Source of the DNA: Takakia lepidozioides
Taxonomy: Eukaryota; Plantae; Bryophyta
DNA length: 64,000 nt
Reading direction: 5' to 3'
Assembly (NCBI GenBank): GCA_030704615.1
Contig: CM060733.1
Span: 20,956,001-21,020,000, forward strand
Made by a program: the position numbers and the translations under genes. Under the pieces are notes generated by a model. The model was not told where the DNA came from. It did not search any database and saw only the letters and a program-made list of their open reading frames with translations. The number at the start of each line of letters is the position of its first letter. Position 1 is the first letter of the stretch. Below are positions 1-14,530 of this stretch, piece after piece.

Positions 1-299
1 ATATACTGGTCCTTTGAATGGTACTCTTGGCACCCCTTCCATCAGTCTGGTGCAACATCTTAGAAGAGATGCACAGGAGGGCATTCATTGTCATGGAATT
101 TTGTGTTATCTACTACTTGATCAGGTAATCTTGGTGGTTAAATTACACTGATATTAGCATTGTGGTTTTTGCTTGCAGAGTATATAGATGTCCATATGTG
201 GATGTCCATACACCAGCATGTATGCCCTGTGCATGTATTCTCTGGTGGCTTGGCTTTCAATCTATTAGGGTGCAAACAAGATGTGGTTTTTGTTTGAGA

Positions 300-1200
300 G
301 CTCTAATGTAAAGGCTTGAAAAACCCAATTGAAGCTGTGGCCAAATCAGTCTCTGCATTTCAAATGTTGCTTGCCTGAGCCCCTATTATCTTGGGGCTCT
401 TTTCTGTCAATAAATTGTCTACCAATAACGTCACGATCTCATTCTTGATGACTTGGGTTGTTGGTTGGGGGGGGGAGACAAAGCCATCAAAATCATTTGG
501 TCAAGATTTGGTCCACTACATTTCTTGGAGGCTGCAATATGGGCTCTTTTTCATTGTACAGACTCCAAATATCTATCATAATGTGTGGGTCAAGGTAATG
601 TTTAATTGGCATTCCTGAGCGAATTGATCTTCTATGAGACATTCTTCAAATCATGTTTATAAGTATATGTGAGCCAAGGGTTGGGAGGGTGTGATTCATG
701 CCCTATAATCTCTTAGCCCTAGAAACAACTTTCTCATTATCTTTCTGTCAGAGTTCATTCCTGCACCCCTAACTAAGCGTGCATCGCGAGGAAGAGAGAA
801 CCTTATCCACGCACAAAATGATCCACGCACAAAATGAGGCTTCACAGGCTTGATTTGTGAGCGGTGGTTCACAAGTGTCTCCTTAAAAAAGGGGGGAAGA
901 AAGGCCTTTAATTATTCGAAACCATTAGGAGCTCCACCCTATAGGCTATGGCATGTCTGGAAGGCTGCACCAAAACGTTCCCAGGCCTCACGCGCACCAT
1001 CTCTACCATGTTACATTTGGTTTACCAAAGACCAATGAGGCTACAAAGGCATGGGCTATATTTTGTGCAAATACTCCACAAAATGCAGTGGCGCTACATG
1101 TTGTCTTTAGAGCTAATTGGGCACATCAAGACTCGTATGCAGCAGTTTCGCAAGACTAGTGTGTCTGGAACAAACATCCCCCGGACTACTGGCACAACAT
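300..1200. mobile_element. Degenerate Mutator-like transposase remnants (tentative)
   Basis: Stop-riddled fragments such as LWHVWKA (+, ~946-966), resembling the MULE CxxH-region motif, and EMQRLIWPQLQLG (-). No intact ORF or TIR. Confidence 0.3.
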
Positions 1201-1479
1201 TTGCACAACCATCCACCACATCCCCCAAGTCCAAACGTGATATCAATTGCCGACACGTGAAAGACACCTCCAAAGCTTCATGACTCCTCTGATCTTTTCT
1301 GCTACTTAGTAGGCCTTAGGCTCATTGTACTTAGTTGTGGACTAGTTCTTGCCTCTTGCTTCTCATCTTGCTTATCTTGCTTTCTTGTGAATGAATGAAT
1401 GAACACACAATGAAGAAAAAAACTAAAACTCAAATTTGCTTGAAGTTGTGAACACTAGTAAACTGAAACACAACCGTTG

Positions 1480-1602
1480 AGGTATTGGCCTGTGGGGCTT
1501 GGGCTCTGCCCCTGTAATGTCTCCGAGGGGGGGAAAATGGGTTTATTTTCCCCCCCTCAAGCCCCAAATTCTGGGGCTGCTGTTTCCTTGGGGAAAAAAA
1601 AA
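1480..1602 (+). mobile_element. 5'-truncated SINE-like 3' end with poly(A)
   Basis: gggtttattttcccccctcaag...gtttccttggggA9 resembles the 3' end of the SINE at 53106-53328. Confidence 0.45.
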
Positions 1603-2098
1603 CTGTAAAAGAGAAGAGTCGTTGCTGTGTGTCATCAAAGTCACGAGAGCACCGACCACATGGAGTACAGATCATCCGCGTCACGATGGGGGAGGGGGGG
1701 ATGTGTGAGGCAGGTGTCTTTCAGTGGAGGGCCACGCTGAGGCGTCGGTGGTGATGTGAATGCTCGAAATCAGAAGAGGATATGTGGAACAGATGCTGTT
1801 TCTAATTCCAGCACGCACCAACATGTTTGCTTTGCGAAATCACGAAAATGAAGGTGCCTCTGCATGCGATGAATGGTGAGGTTACATTGCGTGGCGCCCT
1901 GCCACAGTCTGCACTCGGACACATGTTGCCATCTCATGGTTGCACGGGCTTCTGCTTGCCAAGTTTCGAGATCGGAGTGGGCAGGATAGTTCAGCGATAT
2001 ATCCTTGACAGGGATACCAATGACCGCTTTACAAATCTCAATGTTCTCTTAAGTTCGATTCGAATGACGTGGCAAAGCAAAGCAGTATAGATAACAGC

Positions 2099-2106
2099 TA
2101 TATAAG
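2099..2106 (+). promoter_or_regulatory. TATA box of ASR-like gene
   Basis: TATATAAG about 140 bp upstream of ATG 2242; ABRE-like TGACGTGGC at ~2065. Confidence 0.55.
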
Positions 2107-2241
2107 GGATGCCCTCTCATTCAGATTTCAACTGTGTTTTCCGTCTTTGAGCATTCTATCAAGCTTTCGCATTTTGCAAGTTCGTTTTTACTTCTCTCAC
2201 AAAGCAGCTATCTTGTTGTAGTAATCCACAGCTTTTCTGCA

Positions 2242-2947
2242 ATGGAAGGATTCGGTCACCGTCACCACCAAAAGGAGGAGGAGGAGGAGGAGAGGCGGCC
2301 TGGTTACGGTGGGGAGCAGGTGGGGTATGGTGGTCAGCCCGATGTTGGATATGGTGGAGAGTATCAGGAAGGTCAGCGGCGGCAGCAGCCTGAAGGCTAT
2401 GGCGGTTATGGGCAGGAAGCGGGCTACGAAGGTCTCCGACAGGAAGAGGGTGGCTACGGTACTGGAAGAGCCGAACAAGTGAGTTGTTGTTCCACATTTC
2501 TGTCTTGTCTGGCAAGTAACTAAGTTGTCATTGTAGAGTCTACTGAAGCTGCAAGCAAAGTCGCGTGGGATGTTTCCTTGTGTTTTGAAATGGAGCTTGG
2601 TGCTTCATGCTGGAGATTGCCCGCGCAATGTTTTCGATGTGCATATGCACATCGAAATTGATGTAACAGACAAGTTTTAGATCTGCGACAGTCTTGGGTG
2701 TGAGTTTAGTACTGTGCATGAATTGGTGGAAAAGTAGTATTAAATCGAAGTGGTGATTGTTGGATGTATTGTGCAGGACGAGGAGGCAGTAAAGCGCAGG
2801 CACAAGCGTGAGGAAGAGTTAGCAGGTGTCGTCGGTGTGGGAGGATTGGGAGTAGCCGAGTACGAGCATCACGAAAGGGCGCGTGAGAAGAAGGGGGAGA
2901 AGGAAGGGGACAGTGGAGAGAAGAAGCATCATCTCTTCGGCCTCTAG
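2242..2947 (+). CDS. ASR (ABA/WDS-induced)-like hydrophilic protein, 135 aa; exons 2242-2478, 2777-2947
   Basis: Phase-0 intron CAA|gtgagt...tgcag|GAC. Exon 2 (HKREEELAGVVGVGGLGVAEYEHHE...KKHHLFGL) matches the ASR C-terminal pattern; exon 1 has GYG repeats. Confidence 0.8.
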
Positions 2948-3304
2948 ATTATCATTGTCTGCCAACTGTGACATGATACACGATGTGGGATTTGATGCTA
3001 TCTTCTGTACAGAATAATCTGAATGTGGGTCGGGGCTGTCCAGTACTGTACTATCCTCGCATTTGCTTCAGCAAGTGTTTTGTTGGTGGATGATAGTGCC
3101 AACAAACGACTGTTTTTTATGTAGATTGTGTTTGCAAATATATGCCGTGTGTTGGCAGTCGATCTTCGGATCGTCACTCCTGTTGCGAACTATTATTCCA
3201 AGGTTTTTCTCGAAACTGTAATTAGCTCTACCCGCTGCAGTGCAGAACTTTTGGATATAAAACATTTTCCGCTGCAGTATGTGGTTTGCATAAATGAAAA
3301 TTCT

Positions 3305-3600
3305 GCTCAATTATCTTCAAAACTGTGCAAAACGAACTCTCCTATATGCTGTTCTCTACAGTTGAATGTTGTTGTCTTAAAGAAGTGTGTATATTCATTT
3401 ATCTTTCGAAACTGCGCAAAACAACCTCTCCCATATTCTGAAGGTTGAATGTTATGTCTTAAAGAAATGAGTATGTTCAATTATCTTCGAGACTGCGCAA
3501 AATAAACTCTTTCACATTGCTCTCGAAGGTTGAACAGTATGTCTTAAGAGAATTATGTTCAAGACTGCGCAGAAAATCTCTCCCATGTTCTTTTCTCTAC
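3305..3600. repeat. Degenerate tandem repeat, ~80-90 bp unit, 3-4 copies
   Basis: Recurrent ttatcttc..aactgcgcaaaa..ctctcc..gttgaatg..gtcttaaagaa. Confidence 0.7.
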
Positions 3601-4173
3601 TATTTTTGACAAAAAGAATGCTTTTTTCATTGTTTCACAACTCCTACACCTCAACACCGCAACTGTACAACAGCTAGCAAAAAAGCCATCTAGTGCGAGA
3701 ATATATGGAAGTATGAAAATTATACTTTGTGACAGATTTGTAAACTTATTCGTACCATTTAAAACTGTGTAAAACTGTACAGGCAGAACAATGAGATCCA
3801 AGTATACGCTGTGAAATATTCCAAGCAATGACAGTCTACACACTCTGTTACTCGACAATTGTCTAAAACTGAACACCTGTCATAGCTTTATAAAAGACCC
3901 AAGTGGGATGACTGTACAAATGGGTAAAACTGTAGGAAAAACCCAAATCTCATTAAACTCGATAATTGTCTAGTGCACACTTCTTCTAATTTCTGATATG
4001 AAAGCAAATCAGAGAAATTGTCGTCCAAATCAGAACAATTTTGCATTCCGGTTTTACTGAAGAAGCATAATCCCTGCTCCACGAATGTTAACTGGGCAAA
4101 GTCGTATGTTAAAGTACGACTATAACGAACACAGTCATCCTCAAAAGAGGATGTCATTTGTGGAGGGTTTTAG

Positions 4174-6590
<2,417 letters not shown>

Positions 6591-6937
6591 TTTGTCTGTG
6601 CCTGATTCTGGCACCCACCACTGCCATGCATTCTCTGTGTAGATGAGCCTGGCAGGAAATTCTGCTATTATATAAAGCATTTGAAGGGCTCCAGTGCATT
6701 TGAGATCTATTTCTGCATGAAGTTGATTGTGAACATGATGCAAGGGTGCACTCGATGCATAAAGCACCCAATGATAGGGAAATTGGTCCTTTTATCCCAA
6801 CTATCTCGAATGCAAATCACCCCTTCCAAATTCTTGAAGTTTGAGGCTGAAATTTGGAGACATCCCCTCTATGTGCCAGAAATTGTGGATGTGGAGGGCA
6901 TCCTCGGTCATACCAATTTTTGGTAGGTAATTTCTCC

Positions 6938-7034
6938 ATTGGTCCTGATGATGCTTGCTTAGCAGCCATGAAGGATGCCATCATTGCTTCTATGGTGGGC
7001 AGTTATTGATTCAGAATGACTTTCTGAGACCAAT
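6938..7034 (+). ncRNA. Candidate box C/D snoRNA
   Basis: ATTGGTC-c-TGATGA ... CTGA-GACCAAT: box C, box D and a perfect 7-bp terminal stem. Target not identified. Confidence 0.45.
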
Positions 7035-7383
7035 TACCTCACTCACGTGCATAAGTATAAAACCTTCATGTACCTACTGAACTAATTGGCTTGTGATGGA
7101 GTATTTGATTCCATGGTGGGAAGCCACTGATTCAGAATGACTGTCTGAGCCCAACTCACATGTAAAACCCAAGTGCACTTAATTACTAGTACCAACAGCC
7201 TTTTTAACAAAATCAAAACGCTCGTAGATTTAATGCAAAAGAGAATGCAGGCTAGAATTAATTGGTATATATGGAATACTGAGAGAGCAACAATAGAAGG
7301 GCTGTAAACCAGGGTGTGTAAACCTTGTTAAGAGCATAACACGGGTCTTCCAAGGCAAATCATTGTGTTCTTTACTTGAGCAG

Positions 7384-7448
7384 GTAGCCCAGTGGTTGGG
7401 TGTTTGTGCCTTGCCTGTGCATAACCTAGGTGATCCTGGGTTCAATCC
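7384..7448 (+). mobile_element. tRNA-derived SINE head or tRNA pseudogene
   Basis: A box TAGCCCAGTGG and B box GGTTCAATCC; no convincing cloverleaf. A similar remnant lies at ~30918-30972. Confidence 0.45.
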
Positions 7449-7559
7449 TTCAATATGTGCCTTGAGACCGTCTAATGGCCTGTGTGTTGAGCAGTAGGCT
7501 CTGTAAATTCACTGGACATTAAAGGAACTTTATCTTATCTTTTACTCGTGATTACCTCT

Positions 7560-10310
7560 AACTATATTTATCTCAAATGTTGGCTTTTTGTTTGAAATGT
7601 CAACTACAAAAAACTAGCCAAGTCACACATTGTCTATGACACGTATGTGAAACGCGCTTCTGTTGGCGTGTTGCAAGTTTCTGAATACTACAATCTAGAT
7701 ACACCTTGTGAAAATAACAAATTTAGACCAAACTGTTGAATATGAGTTCTAGACTCTAATTTCTACCTTTGTAAGGTACATTCATTTTTTTTAAATAGAA
7801 GTTGAAGGACCTAGTCTTAAAGTTTTCTCATTGTCTTCTTGAAGAGGCGTTATTTTCAGCCTTCAATTCTAATGTCATGCGCTCAAAGTCTTGATCAACA
7901 TTACATTTGATTTGGAGGAGAGAAAAGAGTTATGTAGTCATACTATATGTAATCTTATATCTATTTGGGGTTGTTCAGGTACTCTTGCTTATGCTCCGTC
8001 TCAAAATCAAGTAGTCTAGGTGGAATTTCTTTTCCTAGTTTTGCAAAGAATGATTTCTGAAGGTGTTTGCAGTGTTGCAACCATTTTATATTCTATCGGA
8101 AAACCCGACAACAAATATTATCGCACGTTGTTATTTAGCTTGATCACGGTATGCTTTGTGTACGAGTACTTGGATTACTTATTCTATTTGCAGGTGGAGA
8201 CAAATCAATGTCATGCGTCTCTTTTAAATCTTCTTGTATCTACATCCTCCCTAACTTGATGTCTATTGGTTCTATTGACGTTTTTTAGTAGTCGTGTGAG
8301 ATGTCGACATTGATTCCATGGTAGAAAACCATTGAATGATCTTTCGAGATCAATTGCCTCACCCACATGTACGAATACAAAATCCCATACCCAAAATGTG
8401 AATGCATTACGTAATTTATGGGTTCAATTGACCCAAAAGGGCTACTGCCTTGTGATGGGAATGTGGACATCTTTATGACACCCAACATGTGGTTTGAATT
8501 GAACCCATTGCAATCACAGCTAGTGATACAGTTGTGTCTTTACCACTGGCTAAATGTTGGTGGTACATCATCTTGTACGCAACTAATATTGAGAGTTCTT
8601 TTTAACAACGCTCTAAAAACACAATACTCTCATATCGAAAACAAAGGAGAATGGCTAAAACTAATTGGTGTGTGATGGAGTGATAGAGCAATAGTAAAAT
8701 GGTTGTAAACTGAGGTCTATATAAATCTTTTGAGGAGCATTTTTTTTCGTCTGATAAACCAACAAAAACAAGTCGTTGGCATAGTTTAATTGTGAATATT
8801 TTTAACTAAATTTATCTCAAATGTTAATTTTTTGTTTAAAAAGTCATCTACAAAAAATAAGACAATTCACACATTATATACAATGACCATAAACTGGTTA
8901 ATTGACTATTTTATGAACTATACATCAGAATTAACATACTATTGTCTAGAAGATTAGAAAATGAATTAAGTATCACATGACTTGACTGTATGTGAAATTT
9001 GCTTCTGTTGGCGTGTTATGAGTTTCCGATTACTACATATGACAGATGTAGATGATATCTATATCATGGTTTTGTTTGTGATTAGTTAGAAATAGTTATT
9101 TCTAACTAATTAGGACTTTATACATTTAATTTGTATTTTGTGGGCATTGGGACTTCATTTGGTTCCATGTGCCAAGTGAGGTGGCGAACCTTACTTGGGA
9201 TGTGGAGAAGCTTATCTCCACGTGATGTGCAGGAAGGCTCGTCTTCTTCTAGTCGAGCCTCCCGATGCCTCTTTCGTCGTCATAGCTCTAGTACTTGAGA
9301 TGGAGAGTGGGTGAGGTATGTATGATGGAGTCATTTAGCAAAGATGTCATTGGCTTGACTTATATAACGTGATAGAGTGGGTTCACCTCTTTTCACCATT
9401 TCCGTATCTTTCTATGACTATATGCTAGGAAGTGTGGTTGGACAACGATGTATGTTGTGGCACGATGCTTAGGACCTAGGTGCACGACATCCAGTCTAAC
9501 TCTAATTTCAACTTTTGTAAGGTACATTCATTTTCGAAAACATAGCTTGAAAGTGGTCTTCTCTCATTCTTTGTTGGAGAGGCGTTGTTTTTAGCCTTCA
9601 GTTGTTCCAATGTTTTGCACTCAATTTGCTCAACATTAAATCTAATCTTAATAATATACATATATATATATATATATGCAGTCATACATGTGATCTTATA
9701 TTTCTTTGGGTTGTGCACATGCTCATATTCTAATCCGTCTCAAAATTAAGTAGTCTAGATCTATGAAACTTTTATTTTCCTCTTGCGAAGAATGCTTCTA
9801 CATGTACTTCCGCTGCTTCAACCATTTTATATCCCCTCGCACAAGCCTCAAAGAGCCTATGAATGCTTCCCTTGTGGGAATTAACAAACTCCTGCTTGAT
9901 GATTTTCTCTAATATACTAATAAGGAAATATATGAAATCTGAAGAAAATGGTACGCTCCCAGATAGATTTGCACTGACAAACAAATAAGATAGAAGTAAA
10001 TAAATTTACATGTCATAAAATGAAGACAATTCAAGTCCATGTTCCCTTACATTGTGTGAGAATATTACAAAGTATGTATGGTTTTTCCATCGAACGCATG
10101 ATACAGCAGAAAATTGTCGATTGACATATAACGAAAACGAGTCAGTTCACATGTTTTTCCACTAGTCACAATGGCAACAAGTTTCAAAGTTGGATATACA
10201 TCATATGTAAGGAGGTAATAGTACCTCATTCAATCCAGTGTACATCTAGTCCATTCTTCATATAGATTAAGATTACATATTTGGAAGACAACTACTTAAT
10301 GTCTATCCAT
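7560..10310. repeat. AT-rich dispersed repeat family (7560-8100 ~ 8800-9830; pieces recur at 24715-25060)
   Basis: Shared blocks caactacaaaaaactagcca, gtatgtgaaa..gcttctgttggcgtgtt, gtaaggtacattcatttt, tccgtctcaaaa..agtagtctag, atttggaagacaactactt. Confidence 0.7.
9062..9489 (+). mobile_element. Solo terminal-repeat (A-B) unit of a relative of the DNMT-Gypsy element
   Basis: Starts TATCATGG (TGTCATGG in the 47749 copy) and ends GCACGACA. 5' part matches 47440-47749(-); 3' end matches the end of B (ggacaacgatgta...gcacgaca). Flanks TCTA/TCCA. Confidence 0.7.
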
Positions 10311-11971
10311 CGCGTTGGTTGTAAGTCATCTCTTTTTGTAATGCCTATAGGGCTTTGTGCTCAGACCTCCATATATTCATATCTCTATGAATAAATTTTG
10401 GACTCCATTGACCTCTACTGGCACATTGATTAGTCCAATTAATTTGAACTTTCGTAATGCCCGAGAGATTACCAAATCCAAATGTAGCGATCTTGTGGCC
10501 TCATCAATTTCTCTTTTTTTTTTTCCTTTGAAGAAAGAGAATGTTTGCTGCGAAAGTAGAAACCCTTGACAGCACATTGTGCATCGTCTCCCAAGTCCAC
10601 GGATACCACTAATACAATGGTTTTACTGGTGCTTAAGGAGAGCTTTTTGAACATGGATCTCCTAAATTAGCCATTCGTGTCATGAATATTTAAAACAATT
10701 CAACAATAAAACTATTAAATTTAACCTACTAATCCTTAAACTTGCATTGCAACCAAGAGATAAAGAGTAAGTTGTAAGAATCAAGAATAAACACCATTAG
10801 TTAATCACATTACATGTGGTTATAATGTGTGCATGTAAGTGATACCATGACACCATACAAAGCATTCGACATCCATAGTCAAATAGACCATAATGAGCTA
10901 ATTACACATGGACTTGATACAAAGCTAAGGCCTTGGGCCTCAGCAAAACAATAAGATGCATGCACATGTGTGTATATGTTGAATCAAATGTACCAATCAC
11001 TATTTCACTACAAAAGATTAACATGGTATTCATACTATTTGAAAAACTTTCTGATTCTAACCCAAAAAAATGATTGTAAAATGTGCATATGTGATGATAC
11101 AGATATATTGATTCACCTTGATTGTGGAAGAAGCATCCTTGCCATCAATGTCAAGGGATGATGATGTAATTTCCACCATTTTCTTCTTTGCTCGCAAGGT
11201 AGTGCTTCTGTTTTTTGTACCACTCATAAATGTCATCTACCCTCCACCACATATACGTCGTTGTGGTCGTTCTCTACAACAAGAGTGCTAGTACTAGTTT
11301 ACGTTCAGAAATGTCTGCAAGAAGTTTTTGGTCACATAAATCCGACCGCTGTAGGTTTTTGCTAAGCATTGGCTACGCCTATCAGTTATTGAAAAAAATG
11401 GATGAGACAATCCCATATATTTCAGGCCGTCGTGCGATGTTTTCCGTGGATGAGGAAGGAGATAGAAAAATATTAACTGAGGCTGGTAGTGTTCATAAAA
11501 GCATTAGGAATTTTGCAAAGTCATTGCGAGGCTCGGATGAGTAATTTTGATGTAATAAAGAAAGCCTACGACGTTGCGGAAAGGTTCCAATATCTTCCAC
11601 ATGCAACTAAAGAGCCCACGGGTAAGTCGTGCAAGAACCTACGAGGTTGGGATTCGTCCTCTTGGATACTCATTCACGTTGAAGTCCGAGCAGGATGCTA
11701 AGATGTTGGCCAAGAGTGTGTGAAGCTTTGTTTGTTGTCCATCAGGCTTGTTATTTACAAATGATGGTAGAGCCGAAGATCTTGACAAATAAAAATGGCT
11801 CACCCCTCAGAACAAGCTGCAGCATCAACCAAAGACAAATCTTCCCCATTGACATACATAGATTAAACGTGACATTGTTGCACTTGCAAATCTGGTAATA
11901 TGCAGCATCCTTGGAAGCACCAAACTCCTCCGACACTAATTTGTCAAGAGACCTATCGAAGCCAACTACGG

Positions 11972-12298
11972 TGTCAAGTTATTTTACCACTAGTGTGAAA
12001 CTAGCTAGGAAATAGCTAGCTTTTACATATTGACATTTGGGATTGGCCCAAGTGTCAATCCAGGGGTCAAGGCAGATTTAGGCCCTAGAGTGGTTATCTT
12101 CACGGCAAGCGCGGGAGGCTCATCTTTCTCGAGTTGAGCCTCACTGCGCCTAGCTATGGCGCCGTAGTGTGGATTCCCCATGGCGTGGGGTGCACTTGGC
12201 TTGACTTGTATTTGAGTGATGAGTTTATATATGCATGAGTTTATGCTTCAGCTTTGTGAGCTCACATGAGCTTGTACTTGTATTCTTCATCTTTATCA
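11972..12298 (+). repeat. Terminal repeat A1 (copy A2 at 22704-23003)
   Basis: tgtcaagttattttacc...ttcatctttatca present twice; A1 has two small insertions. Confidence 0.95.
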
Positions 12299-12314
12299 CT
12301 CGAGAAAGATGAGC
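12298..12314 (+). promoter_or_regulatory. Putative self-priming primer-binding site
   Basis: ACTCGAGAAAGATGAGC is the exact reverse complement of 12118-12134 and sits right at the end of A1; no TGG-type tRNA PBS. Confidence 0.75.
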
Positions 12315-13729
12315 TCGTATCTGTGAGTGCCAGATACAAGTTAGTTGTAGCACTTGTGGTTTTTGCTTGAGAATGAGAGAAACCAAGTTGTTATGCAAGG
12401 AGCATCGTGGAGCTCTTGGTTGTTAGAAGCGGAGGCGATGTGGGTTACGAGGTGGTAGACCTTGGCATTCGATCTTCAGCTTCAGAGATGAAAGCACCAT
12501 GCTGCAGGTAATTCCATAGCACCTTGATGGTTATAGATTGTGTACATGCATGAGCAAGCACGATTGGGAAGAGGACCAGTCAAGAGCATGTTATAGTGGC
12601 TTTGGTGGCAAAGCTGAGAACTGGACTTGGGAATGCGAGCTTTCATTGTGTGAAGGATTGCAAGACCAAGCGAAAGGGCTGATTTGGCTTGGGGCAAATC
12701 AGTGCACTTTGTGGAGTATGGTGAGATTGGGTTTCAATCTCGAGCTTCAGCATTGAGAGGGCTCTTGTCATGGCAAGAGCAGGGCTGGAACAGGAGCTAA
12801 GAGGTGCGGCAAGGCCATGGAATGTGCACCTAGGGTTTCAGAGCTTGGAAGAAGAGCTCTTGCACCACAAGAGAAGTGTCTTGTGGCTAGAAATGTAAGC
12901 CTTAGGGTTTCAGGAGCTTGGCAAAGGCTGTGGAGTGCTTAGTCTTGTCTTAGAGAGCATCAAGGAGCCAAGGAGCCAAGATAGGGGGCTGATATCTCTT
13001 GTGTGAAGAGGTTGCATGTGTGGAGCATGTATTCAGCTCATTGAAGCTTCCATCTTCAAGCTTGGAGGGCAAACAGGAAGAGGAAGGGCTGACTTCCCTT
13101 ATGTGAGGGCAATGCATGTGTGGAGCATGCTATCAGCCTGGTGAAGGCTTGCACTTTCAGGTTTGTGGGTGCAAGAAATGAAGCAAAGGAGCTGATTCTC
13201 TTATGGTGAGAGTGGGGCATGCCTTCAGCCCATTGAGGCTCTTGTTTTCAAGCTTTAGAGAGCTAGAACGGAAGGTCTAGGGCTGGTTTCCACTTGGAGT
13301 GAAAGAAAAGCACTTGTAGGGCCTATGTGAGTTGGAGTTTCAACTTCAAGCTTGAAGGGAGCGCAACTCTTGAAGCAGCAGGTGTAGGGGGCTGGAATAG
13401 GCTCTAAGACAAATGCTATGGCCAAGGAGAGTGCTTGAATGAGTGCTCACAAGGGCTGGGAACCAGCAGGGCTTGGTTGTTTGCCATTGAGTTTAGTGGC
13501 GTGTTTGGGGAGGCTAAGTGAGAAAGAAGGCTTGGTTTGTGGCAACCACCTCATGGCTTAGGGCTACTATGGTGGTGTGTGGGAGCCGAAAGAGCAAGAA
13601 TACCTTGCTGATTTCCTCACAGCCGCCATAGCTCGGTGGAAAGAAGCCTAGAGTCCAAGAGACACAAACCCTAGCTTGGCGTGGCTAAGCCCCTTGGAGA
13701 AATGGCTAAACTGCCAGAGCGGCCATGGA

Positions 13730-14530
13730 TGGGGCTGTGACGGGCTGTCCCTGTGGCCTTGGGGGCTGTGACGGGCTGTGAGGGGCTGTGACAGGTTGTG
13801 CCCAGTGGCCTGTGAGGCTATGAGGGGCTGTGACAGCTGTGCCCGTGGCCTTTTGGGGCTGTGATGGGCTGTGAGGGCTGTGACAGGCCGTGCCTGAGGC
13901 CTTTGGGGCTGTGACGGGCTGTGAGGGGCTGTGACAGGCCGTGCCTGAGGCCTTTGGGGCTGTGACGGGAGTGAGGGGCTGTGTCAGGCCGTGCCTGAGG
14001 CCTTTGGGCTGTGAGGGGCTGTGCCGGGCTGCGCCGTGGCCTTCAGGGCTGCGAGGGGCTGTGCCGGGCTACGCCAGTGGCCTTTGGGGCTGTGACGGGC
14101 TGTGACGGGCTGCGCCGGTGGCCTTTGGGCTGTGACGGGCTGTGAGGGCCTGTGAGGGCCTGTGCCGGTGGCCTTCGGGGTTGTGACGGGCTGTGAGGGC
14201 TTTGACGGGCTGCGCCGGTGGCCTTGGGGGCTGTGATGGGCTGTGAGGGGCTGTGCCGGTGGCCTTTTCGGGCTGTGACAGGCTGTGCCCAGGGCCTTAG
14301 GGCTGTGAGGGCTGTGAGGGCTGTGACAGGCCGTGCCTGAGGCCTTTGGGGCTGTGACGGGCTGTTGACAGGCAGGCCTTTGGGGCTGTGACGGGCTGTG
14401 AGGGCTGTGTCAGGCCATGCCTGAGCCTTGGGGTGTGGCGAGCTGTGACGGCTGTGCGGGGCTGTGACAGGCTGTGTGTGTGCCCAGTGGCCTGTGGGAC
14501 TGTGACGGCTGTGACCAGTGAGCTGTGTGG
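13730..14530 (+). repeat. G-rich GGGCTGTGA(C/G) satellite in the retrotransposon 5' region
   Basis: Dozens of ~10-bp units in ~40-50-bp higher-order blocks; shorter copy at ~47995-48100. Confidence 0.95.

Noticed and set aside
7384-7448. Functional tRNA gene
   Set aside because: A and B boxes present but acceptor and anticodon stems do not form.
10100-11950. Possible decayed transposase ORFs
   Set aside because: No motif I could assign with confidence.
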